Origin: Candidatus Eiseniibacteriota bacterium
GTDB taxonomy: Bacteria > Eisenbacteria > RBG-16-71-46 > CAZAMP01
DNA length: 64,000 nt
Reading direction: 5' to 3'
Assembly: GCA_965224245.1 (NCBI GenBank)
Contig: OZ245046.1
Coordinates: 2,400,001 to 2,464,000 of the forward strand
The position numbers were made by a program, and so were the translations under genes. Shown one piece after another: positions 18,618 through 29,553 of the stretch (position 1 is the first letter of the stretch; each line of letters opens with the position of its first letter). The notes below the pieces were generated by a model. It ran no database searches, had not been told where the DNA came from, and saw nothing but the letters and a program-made list of their open reading frames with translations.

Positions 18618-20000
18618 ATGAACGACCGCGCGCCCCGACCGTACGTGATCCTCGTCGTGGACGACGAGGCGTCGGTGCGTCGATCGGTGATCGGTTTCCT
18701 CGAGGACGAGGGATACCGAACCCTCGACACCGAATCCGGACCCGAGGCCCTGGCCGCGCTCGAGAGCAACCAGGTCGACCTGGCGCTGCTCGACGTGTGG
18801 ATGGAGGGCATGGACGGTCTCACGCTTCTGGACGAGATCCAGCAGCGGCAGCCCGAGCTGCCGGTCATCATGATGAGCGGCCACGGCTCGATCGACCTCG
18901 CCGTTCGCGCGACGCGCCGGGGCGCCTACGACTTTCTCGAGAAGCCGCTCTCCCCCGAGAAGCTCGCGATCACCCTCAACCGCGCGCTCGACCACCAGAC
19001 GACGCGCCGCGCCCAGGCGATCCTCCGCGAGGAGCTCGGCGCCACGCGCGTGCTGATCGGCGAGAGCCCCGCGATGACGAAGCTGAAGGAGGACATCCAC
19101 CGCGTGGGCGGCACGGACGGGCGCGTCCTGATCAGCGGCGAGAACGGAACCGGCAAGGAGCTCGTGGCCCGCGCGATCCACGAGCTCAGCGTTCGCCGCT
19201 CCGGGCCGTTCGTGCGCATGAACTCCGCGGCCATCCCGCGCGATCTCGTCGAGAGCGAGATGTTCGGGCACGAGAAGGGCGCATTCACCGGCGCCACGGC
19301 GCGCAAGCTCGGGAAGTTCGAGATCGCCGATCGCGGCACGCTATTCCTGGACGAGATCGGCGACATGGAGGCGTCGGCCCAGGCGAAGCTCCTGCGCGCG
19401 CTGGAGACCGGCGAGGTCGAGCGCGTGGGCGGCACGCAGCCCGTTCGCTTCGACGTGCGCGTGCTCGCGGCCACGAACAAGGACCTCAAGCGCGAGATCG
19501 CCGAGGGTCGGTTCCGGGAGGACCTGTACTATCGCCTCGCGGTCGTCCCGCTGGTGGTGCCGCCGCTGCGTGAGCGCGGCGACGACGTCGTCGTGCTGGC
19601 GCGACACTTCCTGACGCACTACTGTCAGGAAGCCGGCGGCGTGGTGAAGCGCTTCTCGGAGTCCGCACTCGACTATCTGCGCCAGCACCGCTGGCCCGGC
19701 AACGTGCGCGAGCTCCGGAACCTCATCGAGCGGCTGTCGATCATGGTGGATCACGACGAGGTCGACACACGTGACCTCGAGCCCCTGCTGGACCCGATCG
19801 GGATCGATGCACCCGACGTCGCCCCGGTCACGAACGGAGACGGTACGCTGAAAGAGCGACTGGAAACCGAGGAGCGGCGCATCCTGCGCGACGAGCTCAT
19901 GCGGACGGGCTGGAACGTCTCACAGGCCGCGCGGCAGCTGGGCATCGATCGCGCGAGCCTGCACCGCAAGATCAAGCGGTTCGGACTCTCCAAGCCATGA
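18618..20000 (+). CDS. sigma54-dependent response regulator, NtrX/NtrC-like
   Basis: Receiver VVDDE..LLDVWM; GENGTGKE; GAFTGA; HTH. Confidence 0.92.
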   Translation: MNDRAPRPYVILVVDDEASVRRSVIGFLEDEGYRTLDTESGPEALAALESNQVDLALLDVWMEGMDGLTLLDEIQQRQPELPVIMMSGHGSIDLAVRATRRGAYDFLEKPLSPEKLAITLNRALDHQTTRRAQAILREELGATRVLIGESPAMTKLKEDIHRVGGTDGRVLISGENGTGKELVARAIHELSVRRSGPFVRMNSAAIPRDLVESEMFGHEKGAFTGATARKLGKFEIADRGTLFLDEIGDMEASAQAKLLRALETGEVERVGGTQPVRFDVRVLAATNKDLKREIAEGRFREDLYYRLAVVPLVVPPLRERGDDVVVLARHFLTHYCQEAGGVVKRFSESALDYLRQHRWPGNVRELRNLIERLSIMVDHDEVDTRDLEPLLDPIGIDAPDVAPVTNGDGTLKERLETEERRILRDELMRTGWNVSQAARQLGIDRASLHRKIKRFGLSKP

Positions 20001-21250
20001 CGGTCCCGTTCCCGGCCCGTGCCGTGATCACGCTGACGGCGCTCGGCGCCCTCGCGCCGCCCACCGGTGCGGCGCCCGCGCCGCCGGACTCGTTGCGGAC
20101 CGAGGCCCCGACCGTCATCGTGTACGAGAACCCCGACACCGACTCCGAGGCCGACCGTCGCGCGCTCGAGGACCGCCTGTGGGTGGACGAGTCGGAGCTG
20201 CAGTACCGGCTCGAGGATCGTCAGGGCAAGGCGATCCAGCTCGGCTTCCTCGCGGCCTACAACCGCGTGGACGAGCTCGCGCTGACCCTCACCGAGCGGT
20301 TCGAGAACCGGCGCCAGCTCACGCCGCGCGTGACGCTTCGCGAGACGTTCTCCACCGGCCTCGAGAAGTGGCGCTACCGATTCGAGTTCGAGCAGCCCCT
20401 CTCGCGCCGCCATCGCCTCACCATCGGCGCCGCCGCGTTCGACGAGACCACCGTCTTCGACGACCTGCGGGGACGGGTCGGCGAGGCCGAGAACACGCTC
20501 GCGAGCCTGTTTTTTCGCGAGGACTTCCGGCACTACTACGCTGCGGAGGGCTTCGAGGCGTTCGTGACCGCCGGGGTCAGCGGACGTCCCGAGCTGCGCG
20601 TGGCCTACGTCGACTCGCGGGACGAGCCCCTCGGCGCCACCACCAACGGCAGTCTGTTCCGGCCCCGGTCCTCGTTTCGCGACAACCCGCGCGCGGACGG
20701 CGGACGGCGACGCGCCTGGAACGCGGTTCTGACCTACGACTCCGAGCGAGATCGCCGCGGCGACGGCTTCGCTCACCGGCACGAGCTCGCGTTCGAGTCC
20801 GCTGGCGGGGCGCTCGGAGGAGCCTTCGACTACGACCGGTGGGTCTACCAGGCCGTCCTCGCCCAGTACCTCGGGCCCGAGCAGCGGCTACGGTTCCGCG
20901 TGCGGGCCGGGTCGGTCGCCGGGGGAACGCTCCCGGTCCAGAACCGCTTCTACCTCGGGGGGATCGGCACGCTCCGCGCCGAGGACTACGCCCGCATCGA
21001 GGGCGAACGCATGTACCTCGTGAACCTCGAGTACGTGTTCACGATCTTCTGGCAGCTTGAAGGCGTGATCTTCGAGGACCTGGGCGCTGCGTGGGACCGC
21101 CCGCTCGAGACGCGGAAGACGCAGCCGGCCTTCGACGCCGGCTTCGGGATCCAGAACCGAACCGGGACGTTTCGTGTGAATCTCGCGCGCGACCTCCGAG
21201 CCGAGAACGCGCCCCTGGTGGCGACGGTCAGACTCAACCAGCCGTTCTGA
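19997..21250 (+). CDS. Omp85/BamA-like surface-antigen beta-barrel without POTRA domains
   Basis: Signal peptide; YNRVD; FYLGGIGTLRA lid-loop-like motif; terminal F. Confidence 0.65.
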   Translation: MTVPFPARAVITLTALGALAPPTGAAPAPPDSLRTEAPTVIVYENPDTDSEADRRALEDRLWVDESELQYRLEDRQGKAIQLGFLAAYNRVDELALTLTERFENRRQLTPRVTLRETFSTGLEKWRYRFEFEQPLSRRHRLTIGAAAFDETTVFDDLRGRVGEAENTLASLFFREDFRHYYAAEGFEAFVTAGVSGRPELRVAYVDSRDEPLGATTNGSLFRPRSSFRDNPRADGGRRRAWNAVLTYDSERDRRGDGFAHRHELAFESAGGALGGAFDYDRWVYQAVLAQYLGPEQRLRFRVRAGSVAGGTLPVQNRFYLGGIGTLRAEDYARIEGERMYLVNLEYVFTIFWQLEGVIFEDLGAAWDRPLETRKTQPAFDAGFGIQNRTGTFRVNLARDLRAENAPLVATVRLNQPF

Positions 21251-21255
21251 GTGAC

Positions 21256-22128
21256 ATGCGCGTTTCGACCCGATCACAGCTCGTCGCTCGTCTGACCCGC
21301 GCGACCCTCGGCGCGCTGGTCTCACTCGCGGCGCTCTCGGCGTCGTCGGATCGCTCGGTGGCCGGCGACGCCTTCGAGGCCGCGATCGATCGCGTGTGGA
21401 TCCGGAGCGACAGCCTGCACGTCGACTTCCGGATTCAGGGCCTCCTGTCCGAACGCATCCGCGACGGACTGGGGCGGGGCCTGCCGATGACGATGAACTA
21501 CGACATCGCCCTCTGGCGCTCGAGGTCGGGCTGGTGGGATGCGCTCGAGTCACGGGTCGTCCGGCGATTCAAGATCCAGCGAAACGTGTGGGACGATCGC
21601 TACTTCGTGGACAACGAGGCCGGCGGCCGCCTCTGGCTGAGCGACGTCGACGAGCTCGAGTGGCACCTGTGCCGTCGCTCGGCCGAGTTCGTGACCTCCA
21701 TCGAGGACCTGAACCCGGACAAGTCGTACTACGTGGTCGTGAGTCCGTCGCTGCGGCCGCTCACGATCGAGGACGTACGCGAGGTCGAGGCGTGGCTGAC
21801 CGGCGAGATCGAGGAAGGGCGCGAGCGCGGCGGGGTCCTGTCGGTCATCGCGAGCATGCCGCGCGTGTTCTTCGGCGTGTTCGTGGACCTGGCCGGGCTC
21901 GGCGACAAGTCCACGCTCGCGCGCAGCGGGACGTTCCGGATCGACGGCATGGCCCCGACCGAGGCGTCGCGCCAGAACGCCGGCGACGACGCGGGCGCGC
22001 CCGCATCCGACGAGGAATCCCGGGGCGAGCCCGCCGCACCGGGGTCGGCGCCGGACGGCGCTCAGCGGATGCGAACGACGCGTTCCGCCGGGGGCGCTCC
22101 CGCCACGCCCGCGACGCGCGCGAAGTAG
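21256..22128 (+). CDS. DUF4390-family exported protein
   Basis: Signal peptide; I.DGL.RGLP.T..Y.I.LWR.R..WWD pattern; 3' end overlaps the convergent gene by 67 nt. Confidence 0.65.
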   Translation: MRVSTRSQLVARLTRATLGALVSLAALSASSDRSVAGDAFEAAIDRVWIRSDSLHVDFRIQGLLSERIRDGLGRGLPMTMNYDIALWRSRSGWWDALESRVVRRFKIQRNVWDDRYFVDNEAGGRLWLSDVDELEWHLCRRSAEFVTSIEDLNPDKSYYVVVSPSLRPLTIEDVREVEAWLTGEIEEGRERGGVLSVIASMPRVFFGVFVDLAGLGDKSTLARSGTFRIDGMAPTEASRQNAGDDAGAPASDEESRGEPAAPGSAPDGAQRMRTTRSAGGAPATPATRAK

Positions 22129-23048
22129 AGGCCGGTGCCGGCCTCCGCGCCCGCGTCGGTACGTCCGTCCCACTCGAAGCGCACCTCGGTGGCGGTCTCG
22201 GTGATCGGCTCCAGCGAGCGCACGTGCCTGCCCCGGGCGCCGTGGATCTCCAGCGCCCGGGGTCCGGGGACCTCGGGCGAGGCAAGCCGGACCGTGATGG
22301 ACGTCACCCCGCGCGAGGGTTGAGGACTCACCGTGACCACCAGAGGCGCGCTCGGCGTGCCGACGAGCGCCAGGAACAGCCGCTCCAGCCCGGGTACGTC
22401 ACCGGGCAGGGCGAGATCGGTGTTCTCGATGCTGCCGGAGTAGTTCGCGTCTGCGCCGCCGAAGAGGTACCGGAAGTCCTCGGCGAAGATCTCGCGGGGG
22501 CGGTTCGCGTGTTCGGCCCACGCGCCGAACGTGGTGGGGTCGTCCACGCCGCGCAGCGCGCAGTACGAGTCCCACGCCTCGCCCGTCACCAGGGCGCGCT
22601 GGACCACGTGTCCGAACTCGTGGGCGACCAGGAAGTGGACCTGCCGGCGGGTGTAGGCACGTCCGACGCCGGGGCTGAGGTAGACCAGCCCATCCTCGGC
22701 GGACGAGATCGGCAGCTCGACCCGCGGCGCCGGGAGCACGACGATCAACACCTCGACCGCCGACCGGAACGGCTCGGCGATCGCGGCCACCGCCTGCACG
22801 ACGACGGCCGGATCCACGGGCACCGACGCCGGATCCTCGTCGAGGCGCCAGCTCCGGCGCCCCGGGACCTCGAGCCACGCATCGCCCCGGTCGTCCCGGT
22901 AGACGTACCGTGCCTCGACGTCCTCGGGAGTGAGGATACGGATGCCCGGACGCGGGATGATCTCGGCCACGGCGGGCACGGCGGTGCCGATCAGGGTCGT
23001 GACCAGGATCCATCGGAGGAAGCCGGGGCCGAGGGCGTCACATCGCAT
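22062..23048 (-). CDS. Secreted zincin-like metallopeptidase with C-terminal FlgD-Ig domain
   Basis: Signal peptide; AHEFGH...EIFAEDFR; tail FEWDGRTDAG.EAGTGLYFAR. Confidence 0.7.
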   Translation of the reverse strand: MRCDALGPGFLRWILVTTLIGTAVPAVAEIIPRPGIRILTPEDVEARYVYRDDRGDAWLEVPGRRSWRLDEDPASVPVDPAVVVQAVAAIAEPFRSAVEVLIVVLPAPRVELPISSAEDGLVYLSPGVGRAYTRRQVHFLVAHEFGHVVQRALVTGEAWDSYCALRGVDDPTTFGAWAEHANRPREIFAEDFRYLFGGADANYSGSIENTDLALPGDVPGLERLFLALVGTPSAPLVVTVSPQPSRGVTSITVRLASPEVPGPRALEIHGARGRHVRSLEPITETATEVRFEWDGRTDAGAEAGTGLYFARVAGVAGAPPAERVVRIR

Positions 23049-23101
23049 CGTCGTCGTACCTCGTTGTCAGGCAAGGCGTTCTGGCTCGATAACTCCTTTC
23101 G

Positions 23102-23117
23102 CGCAAGGCACGTGCCG
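23102..23117 (-). promoter_or_regulatory. sigma54 promoter P3 with an upstream AT-rich IHF-like site
   Basis: CGGCACGTGCCTTGCG (GG-N10-GC); AATCGATTTATTA at 23169-23181. Confidence 0.65.
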
Positions 23118-23353
23118 TGGGTCCGCGGGTCCGTCACGAGTACCCGAGCCCGGCCCGGCTAATCCCGTAATCGATTTATTATGAATGTTTTACGTCTACG
23201 ACCGAACGCCCGGAGCACGGAGGGTCCGCCGCGAGCCGAAGAACGCACCGGACGCTCGGGGAGCACGGCTGGGGGATTTGGCCCGGAACGCGACCGCTCG
23301 GTGCGCGGTCCGCGGCGTCAAGACGTTGGCGAGAAGCCAGATGTGCGGGTGGG

Positions 23354-24622
23354 TCAGGTCGCGCGGCTCACGTCGGGTGCCGGGCCAACCAGCCCGCCGG
23401 CCTGGACGTCGTCGACCTCGTCGTCCGTGCGGGTTCCGAGGCGCGTCCGGGCGAGCGCACCGGCTCCCACGAGCCCGACGATGATCTCCGCCCCGCGGCC
23501 CAGCACGTGCAGCGCGATCCCGAGGAGCCGGAAGCCTGCGGGAACCGACTCGGACGCGGCCAGGAGGACTCCGCCGATGATGGCCGCGTACAGGATCAGG
23601 CCGCCCACGAGGGCGAACCGACCCGCGCCCGCATCACGGCCGGGCGAGAGCGCCCGGCCCATGCGGGCGGCGCCCACGATGACGGCCCACGCCCAGAAGA
23701 GGCCCGCCACGAGAATCGCGATCGGGATCCCGATCAGCGTGATCGACAGCACCGCGGACGCGAGCAGCATCCCGAGCCCGAGCAGGAGTCCGGCCCCGAA
23801 GGATCGGCCGGGATGCTCGACGGCCTCCTCCAGCGCGGCCTGGGTCTGGCGGCCCAGGATCGCGGTGACCAGGAGCGTCATCAGCAGGTAGAACACGAAC
23901 CCGAACACGACCACGCGCAGCGCGAAGCGCGTGATCGAGGACCAGCTCACGGTGTCGCCGAGAAAGCTCAGCGACACGGCGTCCCCATCCACCTGGGCGC
24001 CGAAGTCGTCGATGCGGCCCCCGATCGAGACGACGTCGGCACCGCATCGCGCGAGCGCATCCAGCTCGATGCCGCCGAGCACGGCCACCAGGTTGCCCTC
24101 GACCTCCCCGGTGACCTCGATGTTGCCGGCGATCGTGACGACGTTGCCCTCCACGGTCCCGTCGACGAAGACGTCGCCGTCCATCACGATCACCGAACCC
24201 AGCACGACGTCGCCCCGGCTCACCTCGACGTCGGTCCCGATCCGGACGATCTCGGCGGTGTCGGTCGTGCGGCGCGTCCATCGCTCGACGTCCCCGCGCC
24301 GCCGATCCGCTTCGCGAGCGGGACCCGGGCGACGGCCACCGGGCGTGGTCTCCTCGTCGAAGACGATGATCCCGCCCTCGTCGTCGAACGTGATCGTGAT
24401 CCCCTCGTCCGAGCCCCCCTGCACGGCGGTGGCCGGGGCCTCGGGTGTCTCGGGTGTCTCGGTCGCCGCGCCGGGATCCGGGTCGGGGTCGGCCGATCCG
24501 GCCGCCGTGGCATCGAGCAGGGAGAGGGGTCCGATCACGAGAGCCGCGAATCCGAGCGTCCGGAGTGCCCGGCGAGCCGTCTGGACGAGCCCGGCGGCGA
24601 TGTGGGGTCGGTGAGCTGTCAT
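23354..24622 (-). CDS. Membrane protein with bactofilin-like (polymer-forming) beta-helix repeats
   Basis: Repeated G.V.V.G.VEGNVV..GG.I units followed by five TM helices. Confidence 0.7.
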   Translation of the reverse strand: MTAHRPHIAAGLVQTARRALRTLGFAALVIGPLSLLDATAAGSADPDPDPGAATETPETPEAPATAVQGGSDEGITITFDDEGGIIVFDEETTPGGRRPGPAREADRRRGDVERWTRRTTDTAEIVRIGTDVEVSRGDVVLGSVIVMDGDVFVDGTVEGNVVTIAGNIEVTGEVEGNLVAVLGGIELDALARCGADVVSIGGRIDDFGAQVDGDAVSLSFLGDTVSWSSITRFALRVVVFGFVFYLLMTLLVTAILGRQTQAALEEAVEHPGRSFGAGLLLGLGMLLASAVLSITLIGIPIAILVAGLFWAWAVIVGAARMGRALSPGRDAGAGRFALVGGLILYAAIIGGVLLAASESVPAGFRLLGIALHVLGRGAEIIVGLVGAGALARTRLGTRTDDEVDDVQAGGLVGPAPDVSRAT

Positions 24623-24793
24623 GGTCGGTTCTCTCGGATCGTCTGGATGGGTCTCGGTGCGCGCGCACGCGGCCAGGCGCCCGTGCTCGGTGTCCCCGTT
24701 CGTGGCCCGGACCTCGTACACCGCACCCTCTCGTCGACTACGACCGGGCCGCGCCGCGTGTTGCCTCCACGCTCCGGGGTCCGGCTCGCTCGC

Positions 24794-25399
24794 TCAGTCG
24801 TCGCCGGCCTCGGCCGCATCGTCGAACACGTCCTCGCCCTCGTCGACCATCTTGGTGCGCAGAAGCCGATGCGCTCGGTGCAGCCGCGCCTTGACGGTGC
24901 CGATCGGGATCTCCAGCTGATCGGCGATCTCCTCGTAGGACAGGTCTTCCTTGTGCCGCAGGAGCACGACCACGCGGTAGCGCGGTGGCAGCGACAGGAG
25001 AAGCCGGTCCAGGCGGTCACGCTGACTGCCGGTCTGGAACGTCTCCTCGGGATCGGGCCCCGGGTCCACCAGCTCGATGCGCGGCCGCTCGTCCTCGCCA
25101 TCGTACGTCTCGTGGATCGAGACGGTCGACAGACGTTTCTTCCGATAGAAGTCGATGCAGAGGTTGGACGTGATCTTGAAGATCCAGCTGGAGAACGGTC
25201 GCGACGGATCGTAGCGGTGCAGCGAGCGGAACGCGCGGATGAAGACCTCCTGCGCCAGATCGCGCGCCTCTTCCCGGTGGCCGACCATCCGGTACGTGAT
25301 CGAGTACACCGAACGACGGTAGCGACGGAGGAGCTCCTGATAGGCACGCTGATCACCATCGAGACATCGCTTCACGATGGCCGCATCGTCAGCCGGCAA
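24794..25399 (-). CDS. ECF sigma factor (SigW/RpoE-like)
   Basis: DLAQEVFIRAF..F.SWIFKITSN; LSYEEIADQLEIPIGTVKARLHRA. Confidence 0.92.
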   Translation of the reverse strand: MPADDAAIVKRCLDGDQRAYQELLRRYRRSVYSITYRMVGHREEARDLAQEVFIRAFRSLHRYDPSRPFSSWIFKITSNLCIDFYRKKRLSTVSIHETYDGEDERPRIELVDPGPDPEETFQTGSQRDRLDRLLLSLPPRYRVVVLLRHKEDLSYEEIADQLEIPIGTVKARLHRAHRLLRTKMVDEGEDVFDDAAEAGDD

Positions 25400-25504
25400 C
25401 GCTCCCCCTCAAGCTGGGTTTCCAACGCCTCGGGCGCATCCGAGACAGAATCCAATCGAGGTTACGGCGCATCCCGACGGCACGTCAAGGCGACCCATTT
25501 CCGG

Positions 25505-26864
<1,360 letters not shown>

Positions 26865-26867
26865 GCC

Positions 26868-27308
26868 GTGGCGAGGCGCGCTCCCCTCCTGGCGCCGACC
26901 CCGATGGCGCGGCTGCGTCGGCGGCTCCGGACCTCGCCGGTGCTCACGCGCCTCGGAGGAGGCGGGTCGTCGGACGAGCCGGAGACGGACGGCGGTGACT
27001 TCCTCCGGGCACGGCTCCGCCGCCGCTCGATTCCGCTCCCGCTCGTCCTGGGCCTCGCCGGCGGATGCTGGATCCTCGTCACGCTGATCGCCGGCGATCA
27101 CGGCTGGCTCCGGATCCGCGCGCTTCGCCGCGAGCACGCGCGCGTCGAGCAGCAGATCGGCGAGGCGGAGACCCAGATCGCGTCCCTCCGTCGCCAGCTC
27201 GCGCGGACCGGCGATCCGGTGCACCTCGAGCGCGTCGCGCGCGAGGAGTTCGGCCTGGCTCGCCCGGGCGAGGTCGTCTACCGCCGCCCGGCCGCCCCCG
27301 AGCCGTAG
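26868..27308 (+). CDS. ftsB: Septum formation initiator FtsB/DivIC
   Basis: TM, GDHGW, leucine zipper, LERVAREEFGLARPGEVVY; directly follows eno. Confidence 0.8.
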   Translation: MARRAPLLAPTPMARLRRRLRTSPVLTRLGGGGSSDEPETDGGDFLRARLRRRSIPLPLVLGLAGGCWILVTLIAGDHGWLRIRALRREHARVEQQIGEAETQIASLRRQLARTGDPVHLERVAREEFGLARPGEVVYRRPAAPEP

Positions 27309-27378
27309 CGTTCGGCGCGCGCCGCGGCTGCCCGCCCCACGTTCGTCCGGGACCGCGCCGTCGTGCGCGGAGCGGTGC

Positions 27379-27407
27379 TTGACACGGGCTGCGGCCGGCG
27401 CTAACGT
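27379..27407 (+). promoter_or_regulatory. sigma70 promoter of the tRNA
   Basis: TTGACA-N17-TAACGT. Confidence 0.7.
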
Positions 27408-27420
27408 TCGGCCTCGCGAT

Positions 27421-27495
<75 letters not shown>

Positions 27496-27502
27496 GGTTT
27501 CG

Positions 27503-27531
27503 AGCGCGCCCGGAGCCCGGGCGCGCTTTTT
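27503..27531 (+). terminator. Intrinsic terminator after the tRNA
   Basis: AGCGCGCCCGG-agc-CCGGGCGCGCT followed by T-run. Confidence 0.8.
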
Positions 27532-27703
27532 CGTACCCCCGAGTTTTTCTGGGTCCGTGGCGCCGCTAGCCCTTCCCTCGTCTCGAGACACCCGGTACCA
27601 TCGTCCGTCGATCGAACGACGGCCGTGTCCCCACGAGGTGGCGGTGGTGCTTCCGGCGACCCGACCGAGGTCGCATCCGGGGCCGCCGAACGAGGAGAGC
27701 GCG

Positions 27704-29518
27704 ATGGAGGAAGTCGTCATCCGGTTCGCCGGAGATTCCGGCGATGGCATCCAGCTAACCGGAGACCAGTTCACGAGTTCGACGGCGCTCTTCGGGAATG
27801 ACCTGAGCACGCTGCCGGACTTCCCGGCCGAGATCCGGGCCCCGGCGGGCACGCTGCCGGGCGTCAGCGGCTTCCAGATCAAGCTGGCCAGTCACGACAT
27901 CCACACGCCCGGCGACGAATCGGACGTCCTGGTGGCCATGAACCCGGCCGCGCTGAAGGTGAGCCTGGAGGAGGTCGTGGACGGCGGGCTCATCATCGTG
28001 AACGCCGACGCCTTCACCGAGCGCGAGCTCCAGAAGGCCGGCTACGAGTCCGATCCGCTCAGCGACGACTCCCTCGCGGGATACCGCGTCATCCGGGTCG
28101 AGCTGACCCGGCTGACCCGCAAGGCCCTCGAGTCCACGGGACTCAACACGCGCACGGTCGACCGGTGCCGGAACTTCTTCGCGCTCGGGATGATGCTGCA
28201 CCTGTTCGAGCGCCCCGTCGAGCCCGTCATCTCGTTCATCGAGTCGAAGTTCAAGTCGAAGCCCGAGATCGTCGAGGCCAACAAACTGGCGCTCAAGGGC
28301 GGGCTGGCCTACTGCGACGCCACCGAGGCGTTCCAGGGCGACCACACACGCTTTCGCGTGTCGCCGGCCAGGCTGCCCGCCGGCACGTATCGCAACATCA
28401 ACGGCAACCGCGCGATCGCGATCGGTCTCCTGGCCGGCGCCCGGCAGGCCCAGCTTCCGCTCTACCTGGCCGGCTATCCGATCACGCCGGCCAGCGACGT
28501 GCTGCACGACGTCAGCGCGTACAAGAACTTCGGCGTCATCTCGTTCCAGGCCGAGGACGAGATCGCCGCGATCTGCGCCGCCATCGGCGCGTCGTACGCC
28601 GGCCATCTCGGCGCGACCGTCACCAGCGGCCCCGGGCTCGACCTGAAGGCCGAGGCGATCGGCCTGGCGGCCACCGCCGAGCTGCCGCTGATCATCCTCG
28701 ACATCCAGCGCGCGGGACCGTCGACCGGTCTGCCCACCAAGACCGAGCAATCCGACCTGATGCTCGCCCTGTACGGCCGGCACGGCGAGGGCCCGCTGCC
28801 GATCCTCGCGCCGTCGACGCCCGGGGATTGCTTCTGGACCGTCGTCGAGGCGGCCCGTATCGCAACGACGTACGTGACGCCGGTGATCGTCCTCTCCGAC
28901 TCGTTTCTCGCGAACGGCTCGGAGCCCTGGCGCATCCCGACGATCGAGGATCTGCCGAGCTTCCCGGTCACCCACGCCAGCGACCCCGCCTCGTTCGTCC
29001 CGTACGAGCGCGACGCGAGGACCCTGGCTCGTCCCTGGGCGCGCCCCGGCACCCCGGGGCTCGAGCACCGCATCGGCGGGCTCGAGAAGGCCGCCGTCAC
29101 CGGACACGTGTCGTACGATCCGACCAACCACGAGGCGATGACGCATCTGCGCTACGAGCGCATCCAGCGAATCGCGGCCGACATCCCGAAGACCCGGATC
29201 CACGGAGACGCCGACGGCGACATGCTCATCGTGGGCTGGGGCTCGACCGAGGGCGCCATCACCGACGCGGTCAACCGGCTCCGTCGCGACGGACATCGCG
29301 TGGGCTCGGTCCATCTCAGATACCTCAACCCGCTCCCCTCCGATCTCGGTGACATCCTGCGCGCGGCAAAGCGCGTCGTGGTGCCGGAGATCAACATGGG
29401 GCAGCTCGTGAAGGTGCTGCGCGACAAGTACCTGGTCGACGCCGAATCGCTCTCGCGCGTGCGCGGAAAGCCGCTGCGCGTGTCGTACCTGGTCGACGAA
29501 GTCAAGCGACGCATCTGA
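27704..29518 (+). CDS. korA: 2-oxoacid:ferredoxin oxidoreductase alpha subunit
   Basis: IRFAGDSGDGIQL, YPITPAS, QAEDEIAA, TSGPG, HRIGGLEK. Confidence 0.93.
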   Translation: MEEVVIRFAGDSGDGIQLTGDQFTSSTALFGNDLSTLPDFPAEIRAPAGTLPGVSGFQIKLASHDIHTPGDESDVLVAMNPAALKVSLEEVVDGGLIIVNADAFTERELQKAGYESDPLSDDSLAGYRVIRVELTRLTRKALESTGLNTRTVDRCRNFFALGMMLHLFERPVEPVISFIESKFKSKPEIVEANKLALKGGLAYCDATEAFQGDHTRFRVSPARLPAGTYRNINGNRAIAIGLLAGARQAQLPLYLAGYPITPASDVLHDVSAYKNFGVISFQAEDEIAAICAAIGASYAGHLGATVTSGPGLDLKAEAIGLAATAELPLIILDIQRAGPSTGLPTKTEQSDLMLALYGRHGEGPLPILAPSTPGDCFWTVVEAARIATTYVTPVIVLSDSFLANGSEPWRIPTIEDLPSFPVTHASDPASFVPYERDARTLARPWARPGTPGLEHRIGGLEKAAVTGHVSYDPTNHEAMTHLRYERIQRIAADIPKTRIHGDADGDMLIVGWGSTEGAITDAVNRLRRDGHRVGSVHLRYLNPLPSDLGDILRAAKRVVVPEINMGQLVKVLRDKYLVDAESLSRVRGKPLRVSYLVDEVKRRI

Positions 29519-29553
29519 GCGCCGACGAACCCCGCACGGAGGAGAACCCCGAC

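Noticed and set aside
27496-27700. Genomic island inserted at the tRNA
   Set aside because: No integrase or duplicated tRNA 3' end; housekeeping korAB follows
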